This document shows, piece by piece, positions 49,779 to 59,254 of a DNA stretch of 64,000 nt. The stretch's first letter is position 1, and each line of letters opens with the position of its first letter. Both the position numbers and the translations under genes were made by a program. The stretch is from Candidatus Cloacimonadales bacterium. Lineage in GTDB: Bacteria > Cloacimonadota > Cloacimonadia > Cloacimonadales > JAFGVF01. The notes below the pieces were generated by a model. The model had not been told where the DNA came from. It ran no database searches and saw only the letters and a program-made list of their open reading frames with translations. The stretch is from assembly GCA_963667035.1 (NCBI GenBank), contig OY762964.1:2016001-2080000 (forward strand). The letters are read 5' to 3'.

Positions 49779-50044
49779 TACTCCTCTCCAAACTTACTAT
49801 TAAAGAGCTCCAATAAATCGTTAATTAGATACTCTTCATCCACACCATCGGCTTGTAAAGTTATTCTAGAGTTATACTCAGCAGCTAGCATCATAACACC
49901 CATAATACTCTTTCCGTTTATCTCCATACCATCTTTTAAAATTGTTAAATCAGATCTGTATTTAGTTGCAGTTTTTACTAAAAGAGCAGATGGTCTTGTA
50001 TGTAGTCCAAGTTTATTACTTACTGTTACTTCTCTTGATATCAT
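49778..50044 (-). CDS. ptsH: phosphocarrier HPr
   Basis: GLHTRP (His15) and KSIMGVM (Ser46). Confidence 0.95.
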   Translation of the reverse strand: MISREVTVSNKLGLHTRPSALLVKTATKYRSDLTILKDGMEINGKSIMGVMMLAAEYNSRITLQADGVDEEYLINDLLELFNSKFGEE

Positions 50045-50058
50045 AATTTCCCTGAGTT

Positions 50059-50997
50059 TTAATTGTGAGTTTTACGCTTTATAGCCTCGTTAAGAATATT
50101 AGCATAGTCTTCAGCTGCATGATAACCGTTCTTTTTTAGTATGTAGTTCATTACAGCCACCTCAATAATGACAGAAACATTTTTACCGGGAGAAACAGGT
50201 AAATTAATACATGGGATATTAACTCCCAAATGGTCAACCCAGTTGGATACCAAACCTAATCTCTCATAATCAAAGTTTTCTTTCCAAGGCATTAATTCTA
50301 TTTGCAAATCTATACTATGTCTGAATCTGACTCTTTGAATTCCAAACATCTTTTCGATGTTGATAATTCCTACTCCTCTGATTTCCATGAAGTGTCCGAA
50401 TTTTTGAGGAGGCATACCAACAAGAGCATCATTTAAGACTTTTATAGTTACAGTATCATCCGTGACCAAACCATGACCTCTTGTCACTAAATCAAGAGCA
50501 CATTCACTCTTACCAATACCACTCTTGCCTGTGAGCATAACACCCACACCAAAAACATCAACGAGTGTTCCATGTATGGTTTTCTCAATAGCAAAGTGAT
50601 TATTAAGATATCTCGCCAATCCATTATGTAATTTAATTGTGCTTAATCGACTCGATAGGATTGCAATATTCATATTGTTAGCCAAATCAATGACAATGTA
50701 AGGTAAAGTAAGCCCTTTACTAACAATAATACATGGTATGCTGTATGAGAAAATGTCCTTCACTTTTTCATACAGTTCATCTTCACTCAATGACTGGAGA
50801 TATATTACTTCCGTTTCACCCAGAATCTGGATTCTATCAAATGCAAATCTATCAAGAAAACCGGAAAGAGCTAATCCGGGTCTATTCAAATGAGCATAAT
50901 TTATGAGATTATCTAATGTTTTCTCATCACTAACAGGAGCAAGAAGTAACTCATCCTTTTTGTGGTTCAATAATTGGCGGACAGTATAGTTTTTCAT
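50059..50997 (-). CDS. hprK: HPr(Ser) kinase/phosphorylase
   Basis: RPGLAL, GKSGIGKSE, LVTDD and MEIRGVGII motifs. Confidence 0.96.
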   Translation of the reverse strand: MKNYTVRQLLNHKKDELLLAPVSDEKTLDNLINYAHLNRPGLALSGFLDRFAFDRIQILGETEVIYLQSLSEDELYEKVKDIFSYSIPCIIVSKGLTLPYIVIDLANNMNIAILSSRLSTIKLHNGLARYLNNHFAIEKTIHGTLVDVFGVGVMLTGKSGIGKSECALDLVTRGHGLVTDDTVTIKVLNDALVGMPPQKFGHFMEIRGVGIINIEKMFGIQRVRFRHSIDLQIELMPWKENFDYERLGLVSNWVDHLGVNIPCINLPVSPGKNVSVIIEVAVMNYILKKNGYHAAEDYANILNEAIKRKTHN

Positions 50998-51007
50998 AGA
51001 TATAAGT

Positions 51008-51028
51008 GCGGGGAGTTGTACTCCCCGC
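51008..51028 (-). terminator. hairpin between hpf and hprK (possible terminator or processing site)
   Basis: GCGGGGAGT-tgt-ACTCCCCGC. Confidence 0.5.
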
Positions 51029-51040
51029 TTATGTATTAGT

Positions 51041-51568
51041 TTATGGTTCTAATAATTTATAATGTACATCATCTTTACGGACTAGCACATTAATACGGTC
51101 TGTTTCGATATTTTTAAAGATAAGGAAATACTCAGTAGAATCCTCAAGTTTCTCAACTGCTTCATCTGAAGTCATATATTCAGGGATAACTCTTTTAGTC
51201 TTGATTAGTTTCTTTTGTGAATCTTCTCTCTTATAGAGATATGTTCTTGAAAATCCTGAATTCTCGAGTAAACTTTTCTTCTTATGATCAGTTACCTTTT
51301 CTTTTAACTTCTTTAATTGGTGCTCCATACGGTCAATGGTAGTATCTATAGCAAGATACATGTCATTTTCCTCTGATTCACTTTGCAGGTTAAACTTGGA
51401 AGCATGCAAACTAATCTCACAAATATTGCGCGAATTATCAAGCGTAAGTATTACTTGTAGATTAATGATTTGATCAAAATAGCGCTCCAACTTCTCGCAA
51501 GCTGATTCGACGTGGTCACGAATTGCCTTGGTTAGTTCGAAATGGCGAGCTGTGATTGTGATTTGCAT
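51041..51568 (-). CDS. hpf: ribosome hibernation factor (long HPF/RaiA)
   Basis: MQITITARH.ELT.AIR, DMYLAID, and C-terminal MT.DEAV...INVL domain. Confidence 0.92.
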   Translation of the reverse strand: MQITITARHFELTKAIRDHVESACEKLERYFDQIINLQVILTLDNSRNICEISLHASKFNLQSESEENDMYLAIDTTIDRMEHQLKKLKEKVTDHKKKSLLENSGFSRTYLYKREDSQKKLIKTKRVIPEYMTSDEAVEKLEDSTEYFLIFKNIETDRINVLVRKDDVHYKLLEP

Positions 51569-51577
51569 AAATTCCTC

Positions 51578-52441
51578 CTATATTTTGATAAATTTTCTAG
51601 CTTTCTCAGCATGATAAGAACTTCTTACCAAAGGTCCTGACTCAACTAATAAGAATCCTAATTCCAGACCTTTCTTATGATAACGCTCAAACTGCTCCGG
51701 AGTTACATACTCTACTACAGGATGGTGCTTCTCTGAAGGGGCAAGGTATTGACCTATTGTTAAGATGTTACAATCTATGCTTCGCAAGTCTTGCATGAGG
51801 TTAATAACTTCGTCCTCAGTTTCTCCCAAACCAACCATTATTCCACTCTTGGTTAGAATATTCTGATTAAACTCCTTAGACCTTTTCAAAAGCTCCAAAG
51901 ATCTGTCATAATCAGCCATAGGTCTTACGTCAGGATACAATCTGCGAACTGTTTCTAAATTATGATTAAGAATATCGGGAGAAGCAGCCAGGATATTCTG
52001 TAGACTCTGCCAGTCTCCCTGTAAATCCGATATTAACACTTCTATTGATACATCTTCTGTCTGTTCATGAACAGCATCCAATGTCTTAACAAACTGGCTA
52101 GCTCCACCATCCTCTAAATCATCTCTTGTCACAGTAGTTAGTACGAGATGTTTTAGCTTAAACTGTTTGGTAAGCTTTGCAATATTTGCAGGCTCATTAG
52201 GATCGGGAGTCATGAGAGCGTCTTTATCTTTCCTAACAGCACAGAATTTACAATTTCTAGTGCAAACTTCACCCAATATCATAACGGTGGCAGTCCCTCT
52301 ATCAAAGCACTCTCCACGATTCGGACAATGTGCGCTTTCACATACTGTGTGCAAGTTCAACTGCTTAAGATAAGCATTTATCTCAGAAGCTTTCTTTGAT
52401 CCTAATCTGTTGGCTTTAAGCCATTTTGGTTTTCTTTCCAT
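51578..52441 (-). CDS. lipA: lipoyl synthase
   Basis: CESAHCPNRGEC, CTRNCKFC and VRSSYHA motifs. Confidence 0.96.
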   Translation of the reverse strand: MERKPKWLKANRLGSKKASEINAYLKQLNLHTVCESAHCPNRGECFDRGTATVMILGEVCTRNCKFCAVRKDKDALMTPDPNEPANIAKLTKQFKLKHLVLTTVTRDDLEDGGASQFVKTLDAVHEQTEDVSIEVLISDLQGDWQSLQNILAASPDILNHNLETVRRLYPDVRPMADYDRSLELLKRSKEFNQNILTKSGIMVGLGETEDEVINLMQDLRSIDCNILTIGQYLAPSEKHHPVVEYVTPEQFERYHKKGLELGFLLVESGPLVRSSYHAEKARKFIKI

Positions 52442-53842
52442 TTATAATTTATGTACCGACAACCCTTCAACATCTTCAACAGATTCCATAACACACTCAG
52501 CTAAAGTCGGGTGAGCAAAAACAATCTTTTCAACATCATGGGTTGTTGCTTGTTTTCCGATTAAGATTGCACCTTGTGCAATCATTTCTGTGGCATTTGG
52601 TCCTATAATGTGCATGCCTACTATTCTACCGCTTTCTTTCTCTGCAATTGTTTTAACAAATCCAAAAGTATCTCCTATTGCCATTGCTTTTCCCGAAGCA
52701 GAGAATGGGAACTTACCGATTTCTATCTCGTTGAATTTCTCTTGTGCTTCTGCCTCTGTTAAACCAACAGAGCCTATTTCAGGATGCGTAAAAGTACAAC
52801 GAGGTATGTTCTTATAATCTAAAATAAAGGAATCAAATTCTGTTCCATTTACTAATTTATTTATCTGAGATGCAACCATTAAGCCTTGTTTGCTGGCCGT
52901 ATGTGCTAACATAAGCTTTGCTGTATTATCTCCAATAGACCAAACATTGTTAACGTTTGTCTTCATATCGTCATCTATAGTAACAGAACCTTTATCAATA
53001 GTTACTTCACAATTCTTGAATTCTATCTGATTTACCGGTTCTCTACCAACACTTACAAGTACTTTATCAACTGTTAAGTTCTTTCCGTTTGAGAAGTTAA
53101 GAACTATACAATTTCCTGTTTTCTCATAAGATTCGACTGCTGTTTTAGTCATTACTTTAATACCTGATTTTTTTAGAGCTACAGCTAGTCTCTTGGAAAC
53201 TTCTTCATCTTCAAACGGTACCAGTTTAGGAAGGAACTCAATAATTGTCACATTAACACCGAAAGAGTTGTAAATGGATGCGAACTCGCACCCGATTACT
53301 CCACCTCCAACAACTGCCAGAGATTCGGGTAAGTCAGTCATTTTGAGTATATGGTCTGAAGAGAGAATATCCTCTCCGTTAAATGGCATGAATTTTAATT
53401 CTTTGGGACGAGAACCTGTTGCCAGGATAATATAGTCGGCACTATATTCTTCGTTTTCTTTTGTACTAATTACGAACAACTCATCCCTCTTTTCAATTGA
53501 GATTACTTCTTGGTTTACTAACGGAATCTCCTGTTTTGAATATAACTGTTCAATGCCGGAAACCAAGTTCTCAACAATGTTATTCTTTCTATTAAATACC
53601 TGATTATAATCTACTTCAAATTCAGGAATAACCAAGCCAAATGATTTAGAATTTCTAACTTCATTATACAACTCAGCAACCTTTACCAAAGCTTTAGTTG
53701 GTATACATCCTTTATTAAGGCAGACACCACCTAATCTCTCTTTTTCAAACACCACTGTCTCTATATTGTAACGGTGTAAACGCAAACCGGTAACATATCC
53801 ACCGGGGCCACCACCAATGATTGCAACTTTATAATGCTTCAA
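52442..53842 (-). CDS. lpdA: dihydrolipoamide dehydrogenase
   Basis: GGGPGG, GGVCLNKGCIPTK and HPTLAE motifs; TTG start. Confidence 0.95.
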   Translation of the reverse strand: MKHYKVAIIGGGPGGYVTGLRLHRYNIETVVFEKERLGGVCLNKGCIPTKALVKVAELYNEVRNSKSFGLVIPEFEVDYNQVFNRKNNIVENLVSGIEQLYSKQEIPLVNQEVISIEKRDELFVISTKENEEYSADYIILATGSRPKELKFMPFNGEDILSSDHILKMTDLPESLAVVGGGVIGCEFASIYNSFGVNVTIIEFLPKLVPFEDEEVSKRLAVALKKSGIKVMTKTAVESYEKTGNCIVLNFSNGKNLTVDKVLVSVGREPVNQIEFKNCEVTIDKGSVTIDDDMKTNVNNVWSIGDNTAKLMLAHTASKQGLMVASQINKLVNGTEFDSFILDYKNIPRCTFTHPEIGSVGLTEAEAQEKFNEIEIGKFPFSASGKAMAIGDTFGFVKTIAEKESGRIVGMHIIGPNATEMIAQGAILIGKQATTHDVEKIVFAHPTLAECVMESVEDVEGLSVHKL

Positions 53843-55296
53843 TTTTGCCTCCTTAGTCGACTATTGAGTATACCCATCTCATCTCTGTATTTTGCAACAA
53901 TACGTCGAGAAATGAACATTTCATCTTCTCTTAGCATCTCTACAAGTTCTTGATCACTATATGGATGATGCGGGTCCTCTTCTTCTATATATTTTGCTAA
54001 GCAAGTTTTTACTCTTTGCCTTGAAACCGACTCGAAATTCATATCTTGACCCGCTGTTGAACTGAAAAACTTCTTTAACGGGATAATTCCAAACGGAGTA
54101 TCGGCATATTTATCTTTTACTACTCTAGAAATTGTTGATTCACTAATTCCTAAATCTTCTGCAATAACAGAATACGTCATGGGATGAAGTACTCTGTCGT
54201 TATTGTAAAAATAGTCCTGTTGATGTCTTATTATTGACTTGACGACACGTTCCATTGTTCGTCTTCTCATGTAGATTGACTTAATCAAAAATCTTGCTGA
54301 ATTTATCTTATCTCTCACATATCTGACAGTCTCTTTATCATGACTTTTTGTATGAATCATCTTTCTGTAATGAGAGTTGATTGCCAGATTAGGAGAATAG
54401 AAATCATTAATAATCACTTCATACTCATCATCAATCAGTTTAATAATTACATCAGGAGTCACGTAATCTTCCGCTCCTTCAGAGATTCTCAGTCCGGGCT
54501 TTGGATCACATTTAGCTATGATATCTCTAATCAAGATTATATATTCTTGCGATACTTGATATTTAGGTGCAATTCTATGATATCTTCTATGAATCAAATG
54601 CTCAAAATCCTCTTTGACTACCCTCATAACAACTGAATCGGATGGATATTCTTCTCTTAGCTGAACTTCTAAGCATTCGGTTATTGACCTGGAAGTAATC
54701 CCTTTAGGAGTTAGATTCAATATCTGATCATGTAAATCTTCAGCTCTTGCCGGTTTTATTTTATATTCTCTGGCAACATGAATAATATCGTAATCTTCAG
54801 GCAAGAATCCATATTCATTACAGCTTTCAATCATATCATTAACAAATTCTGTTTCCTCTTCTGTCAGATTAAGATAATGCAATTGCTTTAAATACTTCTC
54901 GCGTCTATTGACTTTTGCTTTAAGAACTACTTCAGTCTTATCATCACTCTCTTTGTATTTTGATTTATTATAACCATTGTACTCATTCCAAGAATCAAGA
55001 ATTTCACTGAGTTCATTAACTTCTTCAGCAGTTGCCTTATCTTCTTCGTTTGGAGAATCATCAGAATCAGACTCTTGCTTCTCAGTTTCTTTTGCCGAAT
55101 CGTTTTTATCCTCCTCGTCATTCTCAGGGTCAAACTCCTGAAGTTCTAACAAGGGATTGGATGTCAATTCAGTCTTCAAGAACTGTTCCAGTTCAAGTCT
55201 GGTCATGGTTAAGAGCTTCAATGATTGAAGCATCTTAGGCTTCAGAACAGTTTGCTGAAGCTGTTTATGTGATAATATCTGATGTATACCGCTCAT
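53839..55296 (-). CDS. rpoN: RNA polymerase sigma-54 factor
   Basis: Q/L-rich region I, SESTISR HTH, RpoN box SRRIVAKYR. Confidence 0.95.
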   Translation of the reverse strand: MSGIHQILSHKQLQQTVLKPKMLQSLKLLTMTRLELEQFLKTELTSNPLLELQEFDPENDEEDKNDSAKETEKQESDSDDSPNEEDKATAEEVNELSEILDSWNEYNGYNKSKYKESDDKTEVVLKAKVNRREKYLKQLHYLNLTEEETEFVNDMIESCNEYGFLPEDYDIIHVAREYKIKPARAEDLHDQILNLTPKGITSRSITECLEVQLREEYPSDSVVMRVVKEDFEHLIHRRYHRIAPKYQVSQEYIILIRDIIAKCDPKPGLRISEGAEDYVTPDVIIKLIDDEYEVIINDFYSPNLAINSHYRKMIHTKSHDKETVRYVRDKINSARFLIKSIYMRRRTMERVVKSIIRHQQDYFYNNDRVLHPMTYSVIAEDLGISESTISRVVKDKYADTPFGIIPLKKFFSSTAGQDMNFESVSRQRVKTCLAKYIEEEDPHHPYSDQELVEMLREDEMFISRRIVAKYRDEMGILNSRLRRQN

Positions 55297-55299
55297 TCT

Positions 55300-56052
55300 T
55301 TATTCATCTATCAACGGATTATGAAGGAAGTTATCTCCTAAATAAACCTTTCTTGCCTTTTCATCGTTCACTAGATCTCTTGACTCTCCGGAAAAGATTA
55401 TTTGACCTTCCGAAACAATATAAGCTCTATTAACTATTTTCAAAGTTTCTAATACATTATGGTCAGTTATCAGAATTCCAATATTTTTTTGTTTCAATTT
55501 CTCAACAATATGCTGAATATCAGCAACAGCTATCGGGTCAACACCTGCAAACGGTTCGTCCATAAACAAGAAAGATGGATTAGTAACCAGGGATCTTGTT
55601 ATCTCAAGCTTCCGTCTCTCTCCACCTGAAAGCGTATATGCTTTTTGCTTAGCAAGCTTAGTTAGATTAAGTTCTTCCAAATGCTCTTCAAGTTTTTGAT
55701 ATCTCTCTTTTCGGCTAACTTTCAGGGTTTGAAGAATTGCCATAATGTTTTCTTCAACTGTCAGTTTATGGAATATTGACGGTGCTTGTGCAAGATAGCT
55801 TATACCCAATCTGGCTCTTTTATACATAGGCCATTTTGTGATTTCTTGATCATTAAACATCACTTTACCTGCATTAGGTTTAGTAAGTCCTATAATCATA
55901 TAGAAGGATGTTGTCTTTCCTGCCCCGTTAGGACCAAGAACTCCGACAACTTCCCCTTGGGTAATTTCGACAGAAAGCTCATTTACTACTCTTCGCTTTC
56001 CATATATCTTAACAAGCTTTTCGGCTCGTATGTTGTTTTGCTCATTCATCAT
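55300..56052 (-). CDS. lptB: LPS export ABC ATPase
   Basis: GPNGAGKTT, LSGGERRKLEI, DEPFAGVDP and ITDHNV motifs. Confidence 0.95.
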   Translation of the reverse strand: MMNEQNNIRAEKLVKIYGKRRVVNELSVEITQGEVVGVLGPNGAGKTTSFYMIIGLTKPNAGKVMFNDQEITKWPMYKRARLGISYLAQAPSIFHKLTVEENIMAILQTLKVSRKERYQKLEEHLEELNLTKLAKQKAYTLSGGERRKLEITRSLVTNPSFLFMDEPFAGVDPIAVADIQHIVEKLKQKNIGILITDHNVLETLKIVNRAYIVSEGQIIFSGESRDLVNDEKARKVYLGDNFLHNPLIDE

Positions 56053-56155
56053 ATTACTTTTATAAGGAGTTTGAGGAAAAATGTCAAGCCATATTCACTA
56101 ATGAATGTAAAAAAATAAATTGTTTATGTTAATTGGAACTTTTCTTGCAACTATC

Positions 56156-57238
56156 TTATTGATAAAATCTATACTTGCCTTTTATTTTGCCGCCCATCTC
56201 CAAATGGTCAACTTGATTATCCTCTTTGAAATAGATATTTAACTCGGCTCCATCCGATTGAATCTGCATTGGATCTTGACGCTTTTCCTTATTCTCTTCT
56301 TGGTCATAGAAATAGGAAACATTTTGGTAAGCTTTAAAGTGCTCTATACTATCGTCAACAAAGAAAATATCCATTAAATCCGATTTAACCCAATTACTTT
56401 GAGGTTCTCCTTCGGCTGTTGTATAATCAACATTGCAAGCATTGCGTAGATCAGCTTTATATAGTTTATTATCCTTAAAGAACAGAGTAAACTCTTCTGC
56501 TCTTCCTTTAGCAATGTCGGAATAAAAAACAGGGTCACCGGTAAATAAAGCTCTCTCTTCTTCACTAAAATAGATAAGGAAATTAGAGGTAGCTGTAAAT
56601 GCTTTTTGAGTGACAACAACATCAAATGAAGCTATATACTTCTTATAATTGTGAAAAAACTCTACTTTTCTGGATTCAATTGTTAATGAATCCTTCTTAG
56701 TTAAACTTAAAATAGGATTGTCCCTAAGGAATCCATAGCCTGTACTATGGTTGTATTCAGCATATCCACATACAGCTGATACACTATCGGAATAACTAAA
56801 CATTCTTACGTTACCATCAACTTTCAGATAGTTGTTATTCCTATTAAAGCTACCCTTATCCGAGTAAAACTCTCTGGTAAGGTTTTCATCTTCAAACTCT
56901 CTAACTTCTATATCACCTGACATATAGAGAACATTCTTACTATTATCAAAGGCAACGCTATCAGCCACAACTCTCATAGTATCGTCTTTTGCCTTTACAT
57001 TGCCTAGCATGTAGGCAAACTCTCGTCCCTCATATATCATTGCTTTGTCGCAATTGTATTCAACTTCACAATAGAAGAAATGTACTCTACCTTCCAATTT
57101 ACTTATATAACCTTCAGGAGTATCTATAATTGTTACTTTATCCGAATGCTCTATTGTGTATGGCTTTTTATTTTGTAGATCTTGAGCATAACAAACAATC
57201 GAAATCAAGAATAAACTAAAAATCAAGATTCTCTTCAT
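56156..57238 (-). CDS. LptA/OstA-family beta-jellyroll protein
   Basis: Signal peptide, repeated G-N-V strands, position between lptC and lptB. Confidence 0.78.
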   Translation of the reverse strand: MKRILIFSLFLISIVCYAQDLQNKKPYTIEHSDKVTIIDTPEGYISKLEGRVHFFYCEVEYNCDKAMIYEGREFAYMLGNVKAKDDTMRVVADSVAFDNSKNVLYMSGDIEVREFEDENLTREFYSDKGSFNRNNNYLKVDGNVRMFSYSDSVSAVCGYAEYNHSTGYGFLRDNPILSLTKKDSLTIESRKVEFFHNYKKYIASFDVVVTQKAFTATSNFLIYFSEEERALFTGDPVFYSDIAKGRAEEFTLFFKDNKLYKADLRNACNVDYTTAEGEPQSNWVKSDLMDIFFVDDSIEHFKAYQNVSYFYDQEENKEKRQDPMQIQSDGAELNIYFKEDNQVDHLEMGGKIKGKYRFYQ

Positions 57239-57773
57239 CAACAGTTCCTTTAGCTTTAACATTATCCATATATGTAACTTTAAAAGCAGAATCGGTAATC
57301 AGGTTATATCCTATCACTTCGTTATCATCTCTTATCATTATAACTCTATTGGGAGCTAGCACTTTATCCGTAATCTTATCCCACTCAATATAATCAGTCT
57401 TTACTATACCGTTAGGTGTTTCCAGATACACATGCCCGTATGCTTTAATTAAGTTAGCATTGTTTTCAACATAAGCGGAATCACATTCTATATATGAATA
57501 ATGTACACCATTTTTATCATAGGAATCAAGCTTTGCTTCATAAGCAATAGTGAGCTTTTCATCATAAAAGTTCTTAATCGTGACTGCTCTCAGTTTATAA
57601 TCCGATTTATCACCTTTTAAAGTATAAACTTCTATACCTTCTATATACTCTTCAGGAGCATCGGGATCAATTACAAACCTCTCTCCTCCGTTGTCCGCTT
57701 TAAAGCATCCTTGGAATAGAGTTAGGCTAGCGAGTAGTAAGATGATTAACGAAAATCTGTATACTTTCTTCAT
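57216..57773 (-). CDS. lptC: LPS export protein LptC
   Basis: N-terminal anchor (lipobox-like FQGC), jellyroll motifs (AYGHV, TDYIEWD, GYNL) and synteny. Confidence 0.8.
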   Translation of the reverse strand: MKKVYRFSLIILLLASLTLFQGCFKADNGGERFVIDPDAPEEYIEGIEVYTLKGDKSDYKLRAVTIKNFYDEKLTIAYEAKLDSYDKNGVHYSYIECDSAYVENNANLIKAYGHVYLETPNGIVKTDYIEWDKITDKVLAPNRVIMIRDDNEVIGYNLITDSAFKVTYMDNVKAKGTVDEENLDF

Positions 57774-58260
57774 GTTTTCCTTGCTTGTGGAGAATGTAAT
57801 CAATTAATTCTCTTAATGCACCCTTGCCACCCGGCTTAGTGGTGACATAGTTTACCCTTTTGGATATACCTTCAGCACAATCTATCGGTGCTGCTGAAAA
57901 GCGTACTGCTTCTAAGAGAGGTAAATCATTATAATCGTCTCCGATATATGCGGCATTGGAAAATTCAAGTCCAAGACTATCTAACAATTCTTTAGCAACA
58001 TCATACTTATTGCTTACATTTTGGTATAGATGTTCTATATTCAAATCATTAGCTCTTCTTTTCAAAGCAAGAGATTCTCTACCTGTTATCACTGCCATAA
58101 TTCCACCGGATTTGTGCCATAAGAAGACTCCTAATCCGTCTCTGGCAGAGAAAGATTTAACTTCATTAGAAGTGTTGTCATATATTATTGAATTATCAGT
58201 GAGTACTCCGTCACAATCCGTAATTATTATTTTAATATCGTTCCAATCAAAATGTCTCAT
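57727..58260 (-). CDS. kdsC: KDO-8-phosphate phosphatase
   Basis: DCDGVLTD, ITGR, YIGDDYND and GGKGALRE motifs. Confidence 0.93.
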   Translation of the reverse strand: MRHFDWNDIKIIITDCDGVLTDNSIIYDNTSNEVKSFSARDGLGVFLWHKSGGIMAVITGRESLALKRRANDLNIEHLYQNVSNKYDVAKELLDSLGLEFSNAAYIGDDYNDLPLLEAVRFSAAPIDCAEGISKRVNYVTTKPGGKGALRELIDYILHKQGKHEESIQIFVNHLTTR

Positions 58261-59051
58261 TATAAAACTTCCAAACTCCTATCTAGTAATCTTTCAAATT
58301 TATCTAAAGCCAACATTGTGGAAGCATCACTTTTTGCTTCCGAAGGATTAGGGTGAGTTTCAACAAATAAACCTTTTACTTTTCCGGTTGCTATTGCAGC
58401 TCTTGCCATCATCTCAATATACTGAGGAGTTCCGCCTGTAGTTGTTCCTGAAGAAGGCTGTTGCATACTATGAGTCACATCATAAACAACAGGATATCCC
58501 AATTCTTCTAAGATAGCAAAACTTCTAAAATCAACAATCAAGTTATGATATCCAAACGAGACACCTCTCTCAGTTAGTAATATTTGGTCATTAGAGAAAG
58601 CTAAGCACTTCTCAATTGCTGACTTCATATCATTGGGAGCCATAAATTGTCCTTTCTTTATGTTAACTATTCTCCCTGTAGCTGCAGCAGCTCTAATCAG
58701 AAAAGTCTGTCGGGAAAGAAAGGCAGGAATCTGTATTATATCGGCTATTTCAGCAGTAGGAACCGCTTCCTCCGACTCATGGATATCAGTAACAATAGGA
58801 ACATCAAACTCCTTCTTCACTTTCTCCAAGATGGCTAGTCCATTTTCTATGCCTGGTCCTGTGAACGAACTTAAGGAAGTTCTATTTGCTTTAGTAAATG
58901 AGGATTTAAAGATAAACTCAATTCCCCTTTTACTAGTATACTCTTTCAATTTTTCAGCTATTAACAGAGTGGTAGCTTCATCTTCTATAACACACGGTCC
59001 TGCGATTACAAAAAACTTATCACTCTTGAGTAATTTACTATATAAACTCAT
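58260..59051 (-). CDS. kdsA: KDO-8-phosphate synthase
   Basis: AGPCVIE, KANRTS, QIPAFLSRQT, KKGQF and DVTHS motifs; start at MSLY. Confidence 0.96.
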   Translation of the reverse strand: MSLYSKLLKSDKFFVIAGPCVIEDEATTLLIAEKLKEYTSKRGIEFIFKSSFTKANRTSLSSFTGPGIENGLAILEKVKKEFDVPIVTDIHESEEAVPTAEIADIIQIPAFLSRQTFLIRAAAATGRIVNIKKGQFMAPNDMKSAIEKCLAFSNDQILLTERGVSFGYHNLIVDFRSFAILEELGYPVVYDVTHSMQQPSSGTTTGGTPQYIEMMARAAIATGKVKGLFVETHPNPSEAKSDASTMLALDKFERLLDRSLEVL

Positions 59052-59254
59052 AATAATCCCATATTTTTTTCTAACCAATTTCATTATTAGCACGTATGTC
59101 AAGCTAAAAGGTTTTGTTAGATTTCATTAAGGAGTTCTTTAGAAGTATATTGTCTATGTCAATCTATGTCTCAGCGAAACCGATTTTGCTTTTAACTGCT
59201 ATGTAGAGTCATAGCATTTAGTGTACTCTTTAAATGTTTTCTTTATCCTCTGTA

